From the human T2T-CHM13v2.0 reference genome, Homo sapiens: a stretch of DNA of 64,000 nt. Below the pieces are notes generated by a model. The model was not told where the DNA came from. It worked only from the letters and a program-made list of their open reading frames with translations, and did no database searches. The stretch is from assembly GCF_009914755.1 (NCBI RefSeq), contig NC_060926.1. The stretch is one strand, 5' to 3'. Made by a program: the position numbers and the translations under genes. Shown piece after piece: positions 53,497 to 64,000 of the stretch (positions are counted from its first letter, which is position 1; each line of letters begins with the position of its first letter).

Positions 53497-56400
53497 CACT
53501 TGATTCTGGTGTATTTTCTTTTTGGTGTATTGTGGAATTTGGCTTGCTAGTATTTTATTGAAGATTTTTGCATTTATGCTCATCAGGAATATCGGCCTGT
53601 AGTTTTCATTTTTGTTGCACCCTTGTCTGGTTTTGGTATCAGAATAATGCCTGCCTCATAGAATGAGTTAAGAACAATTTCCTCCTAATCAATTTTTTGA
53701 AATAATTAGAAAAAAATGATGTTAGTTCTTTAAATGTTTGGTAGAATTCATTCATAAAGCCACCTAGCTCTAGGCTTTTCTTTATTTGGAGATTTTTATT
53801 GCTGATTTAATTTTATTACTAATCATTGGTCTGTTCATTTAAAAAAAAATTCTGGTTCGATCTTGACAGAGTACATATGTCCAGGACTGTGTCCATTTTC
53901 TCCAAGTTTTTCAAATTGTTGGCATATAGTTTTTCATAACAGTCTCTGATGATTCTTTGTATATCTGTGGCATCAGTTGTAATGTCTTCTTTTTAGTTTT
54001 TTATTTTATTAAGTTGTATCTTTTTTCTTTTTTTTGAGTAGTCTAGCTAACAGTTTGTCAGTTTTCTTTATCCTTTCAAACAGTTAAGTTTTCATTTTGC
54101 TGATCTTTTGTATTTATTTGGTCACTCTTTCACTTAGTTCTGCTCTCATCTTTATTAATTTTTTCTTCTACTAATTTTCGCTGTTGTTTGTTCTTGCTTC
54201 TCTAGTTCCCTGAGATGCGTCATTAGGTTGTTTATTTGAAGTATTTCTACTTTTGTGATACAGGCATTTATAATGTCTATAAGAAGGCTATACACGTCTC
54301 TCTTAATATTGGTTTTCTAGTATATTAGAGATTTTGGTATGCTGTGTTTTCATTTTCTTTGATTTCAAGACATCCCTTTATTTTCATCTTAATTTCTTCA
54401 TTGACCTATGGTTGTTCAGGAGAGCGTTGTTTAATTTCCATGTATTTGTATGATTTTCCAAAGTTCCTCTTGTTATTGATTTCTAGTTTTATCCCTGTGG
54501 TCTGAGAAGATACTTGATATTATTTTGATTCTTAGATATTTTTTGGAAACTTGTTTTGTGGCCTTACATGTGGTCTTTCCTGGTGAATGTTTCACAGGCT
54601 GATGAGAAGAATGTACGTTCTGCAGCTGTTGGATAAAATGTTTTGTGTCTTTTAAGTCCATTTGGTCTATAATGCAGTTTAAGTCCAATGTTTCTTTGTT
54701 AATTTCCTATCTAGATAATCTGTCTAATGCTGAAAGTGGGGTGCTGAAATTCTTGACCATTATTTTATTGTGGTCTATCCCAGGCAGGACGCAAAGAACC
54801 CAGCAGTGGGGGTGGTGGGCTGGTTGGATAGGCCCTCAGGTTTCCAGATGGCACATGTGAGTGTCAGCAATGGCAACATTGGGCTCCAGGCCAGCTGGCC
54901 CTTAGGTTTCCAGGTGGGGTGCATAGGCACTGGTGGGCCGGGTGGTCTGCTCCTTGGGTCCCCAGGTGGGACACTGGACATTAGCAGTGAAGATGGTGAG
55001 TCGGTCCTCGAACATCTAGGCAGGCATGTGGGCACCAGCAATATCAGCAACAGGCTAGTGAGACCATTCCCTGGGCCCCTGGGTGGTGCACATATGTTGG
55101 CAGTGTCCATGGAGGGGGTTGGGGGGGTGGGATAATTGGGTGCTGGTGTTGTTTATACAAGGTGAACAGGCCAGCTCCAAGGTGGGTGAGGCATAGGAAT
55201 GCATGATGTCCCAGTTGCTGGAGGGGAGCAGAGTCAATGTGTGTGGTGGTGGCCCCAGGCATGCTGCTTTTAGGCGCTGGTAAGTTCATACTTTGTTTTC
55301 CTATGTTGTGGAGGCCGCCTCCCTGATGTGATGGACTCTCTGATTCCCAGTATATAAGGCACTGCATGGGCTTGGGTGCCAGCAGCATAGCCACATCCTC
55401 AGATCCAGCAGGACCCACAATGCTGCAGTCCTCTGGGTGAATGTGGGAGACTTTGATGGGGCCCTGGGATATGGGGATACAGAAGATAATGAACTGTCGG
55501 GTAGGATGTAGTACAGCGTTGGTTCCACTCTGAAAACGGTTCTGTGCGTCAGCAGCTTGGGTTCTATGGGATGGACCCAGCATGAATTCCCTCTCTGGAA
55601 CAATGCAGTCTCACAGACTCCAGGCAGCTCCCCACAATAGGCTAAGGGTCTATGAGGGCAGAGGAGATTTCCTGTAGTTAGGAATGCAGATGTCCATGAT
55701 GAGAATATAGATTTCTGGGCATCTCTTACTTACTTATTCCCTGCAGTAGGGAGTCTTTAGTCCCTGCTGGTTCTGAGCCTATCCTGCCAGCTGTGTCACT
55801 TCACTCTCTATGCTGCCATCTCTAGTGTCCATGACTTTCAGCTCTACTGGAAACAAGATAAAAACAGTAGAGAAGAATAGAAAAAAGTCAAATCAAATCA
55901 AGTGTTCATGCCTTAGAGAGTCCCTGTCACTACTCTGCTTTGGATTCCAGCATTTTCCCTTGATGCTTTATTCTGTGTGTGGTAATCTACTTTCTGTTTT
56001 GCTCTTTCTTTATTGAGAAGAGAAGTGCTAGACTCGTTGAGTCAGCCATCCTGATGACATCTCTGAAGTTCATATATAGAGAAATGAAGCCATTGCATAA
56101 TGATGGGAAGATAAGAGTGTAATTTACAATACTAATGACCACCTCTGACAGGTTTTCAGTCCAGCAGCCTTTAGTCTTCTGAGATTTAAAATGGAAATCA
56201 ATATCAACCATTATTGTTTCTAAAAACATTATTTTCCAAGAGCTTAAAACTCTCATTGTGTTATAAATATTTTTTCACACCACACCATCTCTGAGACATA
56301 GCCATGGTCTCCCAAGATTAATAGACTCTGGGCTTTTCCTAAAGTTATTTTATACAAATTAGATGAGACCCTCGATTATGCCATTAAGTAATAAACAATG

Positions 56401-57620
56401 TTAGGCAAGACACCTAGTATAAAGACAAAGAGGTAGAGCTATGCATTAATTGATCATTAGTTCTGAATGTGTATTACTTAGCTAGCTGGCCATTTAGTGT
56501 TAGTCCCTCCATGAATAGTTATAATGCTGTTTGTATCAGAGATTGGTCTATGCTATCAACAAGATCTAACAAGACAAGCAAAGGTAAGAATGAGGAAAAA
56601 AGTCTAAAAGAAAATATTTGTAAGATATATAACAAAGGATTAACAGCAATAAAACATAAAGAATACCTACAAATTTAAAAGATACATTAACAGTGTTAAT
56701 CATTATAGCATTGTGGTAGTAAAAGCTGGAAACAACCTAAATGTTTATTACTAGAAAATAATACTTTAAAATACAAAGAATGATACATTCATACTATGTA
56801 AAATGTAGAAAACTATTAAGAGTTTGTGCATTTCTTTCTATATTTCAATGTTTGTTGATTACTTAATAAAATCCAGGAAATGGAAGGTGAAAACCACAGC
56901 TTTTAAACAAATGTAGTACTTTATTAGTTTATTACTTATGTAATAGTTGGTGTGAGGCTTTAGAATAAATACTGTGAACCCTAGTTGGTTCATAAATGCT
57001 AATTTGATAAGCAGGTGTAAGGATATGAACTTGACCACAAAGTAGCATACATAAGACACAGGATTTTTCTTTAAGGTTCTATGAGAAACTAATTTCTTCA
57101 GGTAAAAACTTGGCAAACAATGATTAATCTTCAAGAGGAAATTTTAAAAAATAAAATGAAATCTTAAGAATTACCTACAGCACTCTCTGACAGTTGTTAA
57201 GACAACAGCCAGAGAAAGATTTTTGCCCAACCACTCCCAATTACCAGCCCAGTTGCCACAGACTTTTATCCACCTGCCCCATCTCCTATTGTTCCTCACT
57301 TATTAAGAGGGCTTATTAAAAATGTTGACTGGAAGCACAATAAATTCAGAATTGTGGTGAATGTGAAACTGATAAAGAACTCTGTTGTTTGTCCTAATTG
57401 ATTTATAATCTGATAGAGACCCTATAAATATATAAGGCAGCCTCTTCCCTACATTTAAATCAGTTTAGTAAGCAAAGAGTGATTGTAATGCTGAAATTAG
57501 TGAACTGGTCCATCAATTGTTTGTAAGAATCACTTACCATATTGATGACAATATAGTCAAGTTCCCAAACCCAATAACAAGGGTCTTCCTAGACTATGTC
57601 TACTCATCCTTTAGCATATA

Positions 57621-57986
57621 CAGATGGTCCCCAACTTATGGCAGTTCAACTTACAATATTTCAACTTTATAACAGTGAAAAAACAAAACACATTCAGTAA
57701 AAACTATTTTTGAGTACTGATACAGCTATCCTATTTTTCACCTTCAGTATAGTATCCAATAAGTGATATGAGATATTTAATACTTTATTATAAAATAAAC
57801 TCTATGTTAGATAATTTTGCCCAACTGTAGGCTGATATAAGGGTTCTGAGCATGTGTAAGGTAGGTGAGGCAAAACTATGATGTTTGGCAGGTTAGGTGT
57901 ATTAAATGCATTTTTGAATTATGATATTTTCAATTTACGATGGATTTATTCAGGGCATAACTCCATTGTAAGCTGAGAAGCATCTG
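57621..57986 (-). mobile_element. MER47A (TcMar-Tigger MITE)
   Basis: TA|cagatggtccccaacttatg ... gtaagctgagaagcatctg|TA; internal ttgcccaactgtaggct, ggttaggtgtattaaatgcattt. Confidence 0.9.
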
Positions 57987-58609
57987 TACACATAGCGCTT
58001 TACTCATTACTTTTGGAAGCACAGTCATAAGTAACAGCCTTGGATGCCTATTTTTTTTCTCAGATTTTCCTTTCACAAACAGACTCAAAAGAAAGCTATG
58101 CCAAACCCTTATTCTCTTGATTCTTCAATTTCCTGACTGGAAACTCCTGCTTCTGATATTAGTCTCATAGGCTACAGAACAACCCTCAACCTTATTTTGA
58201 TGACCACTTTAGACTCTATTTCTTGGAAAATTTATTTTCACTCCGCAAGCCAACCAGCGGAAACCTGAGAGTGGACTGTGTGTTGCCTTTCTGTCAGAGC
58301 AGGGTCTACAGTCACACACACGCACACCCATCACCATAATATGGCCAACTCCCAACACAATATCTCCACTTAGAGTGAAATTATGACAGAATGCACAATT
58401 AAAATGTGACTTCCTTGGTGGCGGTTAGAAGGGTGAAAAAACTAAATATATAGGTCTAATTCACAAAAGTTTCTTCAAAAATGTGCCATAATGAACTGGA
58501 CAAGAGATCAAGGTCAAAATCCTGCTCTCAAATACATCTTCCCCAGTTTCTGTGGATGTATACAACTTTATACATCAGTAATTAAATCTGTGTCACCCCC
58601 CCAATGATA

Positions 58610-59830
<1,221 letters not shown>

Positions 59831-60074
59831 TTGGTATCTTGAAGCAAATAATATATCTGAGGAGCATATCAGTTATATAAAAATGAATTTAATAATATCC
59901 GACTCATTGAGTTTATCTAAGGAATCAATGAGATGATAAAAAAATGATCACACTTAGCACATAGTATATACTTAATTATAGTAGCACATGTAGGAGATTA
60001 ATTTTTATGTCATTTATGTAACTTGTTGTCTCTATGAATTAGAAGCTATCTGTTATTTTCCAGATATTGGAGAA

Positions 60075-60099
60075 TGCTATTGTCTTAACATTTATCCCC

Positions 60100-60137
<38 letters not shown>

Positions 60138-60463
60138 GTTGAAACTCTAACCATCAAGGTGACCATATTAGGAGACGGGGCCTTTGGGATGTGATTAAAG
60201 CATGAGGGTGGAGCCATTGTGATTGGGATGAGTGTCCTTATAAAAGAAACCCCAAAGGGCTAGCTATTCCCTTCTGCCATGTGAGAACACAGCAAGAAGT
60301 TTCCTGCTTTGAACCAGTAAGTGAGCCATCACCAAATACCAAATATGCCAGTGACTTGATCTTGGACTTTCCAGTCTCCAAAACTTTCAGAAATAAATTT
60401 CTATTGTTTATAAGCTACCCAATTTATGGTACTTTGTTATAGCAGCCGAAACAAACAAAGACA
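60075..60463 (+). mobile_element. MLT1A0-like MaLR solo LTR
   Basis: tgctat...ggggcctttgggatgtgatta...catgagggtggagcc...aataaatttctattgtttataagctaccc...aagaca; TSD gagaa/aagaa. Confidence 0.87.
60102..60136. repeat. (AT)n microsatellite, ~17 units
   Basis: perfect dinucleotide run. Confidence 0.95.
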
Positions 60464-61149
60464 AAGAATATGATTCAAAGTTCTCTATATTCACAACCAC
60501 TAAGTTACTGAAGAAACCCTGGTCTCCTGTGGGGCACCGTAAGCAGCTTAGAACCTGATTTACTGGACCACAGGAATTGCCAAGAGAAACTTTTTTTTCA
60601 TCTCAAGAATACATTACAACACGCCATGGATTTCCATGAATTAAGGGAATTAAGGAAAATGTCAAACCTAACCTAATAGGGAAAATAACTGTTGGATAAT
60701 CACGGCTGCTCTTTCTCTTTTGAATGTAGTCAACCCACCCATGCAACAGTAAGAATTATCCTGAGACTAGCTCCTGCAGTCAGCCCGTGACCCTCTCTTG
60801 CAATGTCCATGACTCTTTCTTCACCCTCATCCCCTTCTCTACACCAGTTTTATATATTATGCCCCAAATTTGTTTTTGTGACTTGTGTGATTCCTCTTCT
60901 CGAATACCCCAATGACTTTCTGCATGTCACATTGTCTTGTATCCAGCAAACCTACAGCTCTGGGTATAAGAAGTTTCTTTCCCAACCTCAGCTCTGCAGA
61001 TACCAGTCTAAACTCTAGTCCTACTTGTCACCAGGGGCATTCATCAGACAGTTCCCTTTGGGGTTCTAGAACTAAATACTACCAAGACAGTGATTACAAT
61101 TTGATTAGTGCTCTTACCCAGAAGAGGAGTGGCCAGCCTGTTTTATATG

Positions 61150-61490
61150 CATAACAATAATAATAATAACTAACACTTCCTTAGCACTTACTATGTTTTG
61201 GTGCTTTACATATATGAACTCATTTAATCCATATAAATGAGTATGTATATTTATATTAAATTAAATATATTTATATTAAATATTTATATTTATATTAAAT
61301 GAGTATTTAATCCATATAAATGAGCACTCTATGGAGATGAGGAAATTGAGGTCCAGAGGGGTTAAGTACATTTCTTAGGTATATATATGTAAATATATAC
61401 ATTTACATATATAGTAAAGAGTGATGTTTCTAGAATTAGAACCCGAAAGATCCACCTTAGCATCTGTGCTCTTAACTACTATACTGTGCC
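61150..61490 (-). mobile_element. MIR with internal AT-rich insertion
   Basis: agcacttactatg...gtgctttacatat..actcatttaatcc...agatgaggaaattgagg..cagagggttaag...gctcttaactacta. Confidence 0.75.
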
Positions 61491-62139
61491 ATACATAGCC
61501 TCATAAAAATAAGGTAGTTAGTAAAATACATCATTTGACAACTAAAGTATTTGGTCTTATATGTCAAGAAATTTATGGATTGAGAGCCAATTAATTAACT
61601 GAGGGTTTGAAATGGCTAGAATTGATGCTCAAAACTGAATAATTACATTTCATAGTTGGGACACTAAAAATCAGTAGCCAGAACTTCACAAAGCTGATGA
61701 GTAAAGTAATGATATCAGTATCAATAAACACTTAAAGCAACTTATGACAAATTCAAATGGCAAGAAAATTCTTTATTGTGGTACACAGGGCATACGGTAA
61801 CATGTAGGTCCAAGTGTGACAGACATCTGTGGGTATATCTGTTAAATCTTTCAAACCAAATTGAGGTAAAGAGAGTGGGTAAATCCACATTTTACAAGGA
61901 GGCACTGGCATCAGCCATTATGGGATTCAAAAGCAATGCATCAATAAGGCTTTGCTCTTTCCCTAGATCGTTTGCCAATGGTGGTGTCTAATATTCACTG
62001 GGGACCAAGCCCTGGCTCAGTGTTTCTCCGAAAGTTCCTATCAATCAAAAGCACTATAGAAACCTGGGTAATGGTAAGAAAAAAGGCAGGCAAGCCTGAG
62101 ATAAGACAGTACTCCTCAAGTGAAATTATATCACAAACT

Positions 62140-62372
62140 TCTACTTACTGAGCAATCACCATACTATCTACTGTCCTCGGTGCTTTACTTCAATGTATTT
62201 AATCCTACGAGAAACATGCAAGGGAGATTTGATTATCCCTATTACATGTGAGGAAATTCAGGCTCTTAAGGGACTTACTCAGCCAAGACTCCACAGTTAG
62301 TAAGTGTTGAAGTTTGGATCCAAACCCAGTTTTTATGACAGTGAAGCTTATGCTCTTAACCACAAAGCTATT
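62140..62372 (-). mobile_element. MIR
   Basis: cttactgagc...atttaatcct...tgaggaaattcaggctc...ccacagttagtaagtg...gctcttaaccac. Confidence 0.75.
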
Positions 62373-62834
62373 GAGAAATAAATAACCATTGATAATTATG
62401 TACAATTCTTTTGCCTTATTTGTCTACAATGCTGAGGCAAAGGAGGTCAAGAATTTCTCTTTTACAATATCCATATCATTGTCTCCTTTCACGACCACTT
62501 GGCAGTAGCTGTGTACAATCTTTAAAAATAATCAATTCTTTTAATCTCCATTCCATTCCCTTTACTCTCCCATCTGTAATATATGCCATGTAGGGTAGGC
62601 AGACCCTGAGAAGGATTTGCAGAATTAAAAATGCTTCCTGAAATGTCATTGACTTAAGCTACTGTGAGCTGCCTTTATGCGACCCTGGCTAAAACAGATG
62701 TAGGCTCTGTGTTCTTTCATGCCATTGACATGTTTTCTAAGAGGCTAGAGAACAGGCAGATTGACTGGTCTAGCATAACTACAGCTTGGGGCAAAGGGAA
62801 GTCTTTGACCTTTAGGCAGTCTGTGACTTTATAC

Positions 62835-62842
62835 TGACGTCA
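62835..62842. promoter_or_regulatory. perfect CRE palindrome TGACGTCA in non-repetitive sequence
   Basis: motif match only. Confidence 0.3.
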
Positions 62843-63509
62843 TGACTGCCACCCAAGTGCACCCCGAATAACATTTTCCCAGGCAAGGTACCGTGGGAAG
62901 AAACTAAGCTTTGATAGGTGGCATTGAGAAATGTCCTGAAAACTCTGTAGAGAGAAAATGGCCTCTCAGACTGTTCTGGTGTCTCCATGTAGCCGTCAGA
63001 ACATGTGTGAGAGCCCAAGGCTATGACAAGCTTATTGTGCAGCTTGGGATAATGCCGTGATTGTGTGGCTATCACCCCCTTAAGATTCATATCACGGGCA
63101 GGATGTGAATGTGTCCCAAGCAGAGTTTGACAGCTGTTTCTGAGCTTTCTAAATCAGAGATAGAAAGAGATATTATCTTCATAGCCTCCTTTTCGCATTA
63201 CATTTCCAAATGGGTGGATTGCCTTTCACGTTACACAACCAATCCCAACAAGTTACTCAGCCTCCCACCTCATGCAGGCCTGCCCAGCCCTGCCTTGCTG
63301 GCCACTGCCATCTTTCCATAACCATTTTCCAAGATACTCATAATCCTGTCAATACCCTGAAGACCTGACAGACCCGACATTGCTTTGAAGAATCATTAAT
63401 GAAGGACAAATATCAGTTACAGGTTAACAGAAGAAGGAACTCAGGCTCTTGGAAATTGAACAACATTGTGTTTCAACAAATAGGAATTATCACAGTTGTC
63501 CCACAGGCC

Positions 63510-63640
63510 ATCCACTCATTCAACAAATATTTGCTGAAGATCTCCATGAGCTGGGCCCAATACTACATGCCTGGGGTACCACATTAAGCAATCACATTCC
63601 TGTTTCTTAGAGAGCTTGCAGTCTAGTGATGGTAGCAAAC
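63510..63640 (-). mobile_element. L2 3'-end relic
   Basis: cactcattcaacaaatatttgctga...ctgggg...gagcttgcagtctag. Confidence 0.65.
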
Positions 63641-64000
63641 TTATATAGAGGCAACCTCACCAGAATGCAATGAGAGTTAAGCAAAGAAAACTACAGCCAA
63701 CAAATAACTGTGGACCCAGAAATAACAAGTGAGACACATGTATAGATTATTCCCTTCTCTAGGGGCTAAAGCACACAAGAAATATAAACACTGGGTGGGT
63801 TTGCCAAATGCAAGAGCTACTCAGCCTTCCTCTCTCTTCTGACACCCATGAGATTTACAACACATGAGTCCACTTCCCAGACAACAGGTTGTACCAAGGG
63901 GTGCACTTGACAGAAAGACAACTTTGTAGCCCATACTTAGGTTAGAAAAGAAAATAATATTTTAGAAGGTATGACAACCCTCCCCCTCAAGATATTATAT

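Larger units (their letters stand above)
49296..56063 (-). mobile_element. L1MA4/5-like LINE-1 with both ends present, ORF1 region missing, Ricksha inserted
   Basis: 3' end ttttattgatacataat...gaccaaatcagggtaatt; GC-rich 5'UTR 54780-56063 ending gtcagccatcctgatgacatctc; 14-bp TSD tgaagttcatatat at 49282-49295 and 56064-56077. Confidence 0.85.

Noticed and set aside
54770-55603. Several 100-180 aa ORFs and an apparent GC island
   Set aside because: GC-rich, internally repetitive 5'UTR of the L1MA; CpG-depleted; no protein similarity recognised

Overview
Human-type mammalian genomic DNA. A near-perfect AluYa5 points to Homo sapiens. The window is AT-rich and mostly interspersed repeats, as expected for intergenic or large-intron sequence. 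I found no host protein-coding gene, tRNA, rRNA or CRISPR array; nearly all long ORFs in the track come from transposons. Main content: a full-length but disabled L1PA4-like LINE-1 (40925-47120, 15-bp TSD) inside a MER52 LTR; a complete MSTA provirus with a nested antisense solo LTR inside a 5'-inverted L1PB; an MLT1 LTR-int-LTR provirus; a TSD-bounded L1MA containing a Ricksha (MULE) transposon; three Alus; a triplicated MADE1; MER47A; several MaLR solo LTRs; old L1M, L2 and MIR relics. I see no convincing new biological system. The best leads are a candidate lncRNA terminal exon ending in an MLT1B LTR, an intact L1 ORF0 reading through into flanking DNA, the MADE1/miR-548-like hairpin, several fold-back templated insertions, a possible short L1 3' transduction and a possible very old non-mammalian-type LINE relic. 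Subfamily calls are from remembered consensus sequences and need RepeatMasker/Dfam confirmation.
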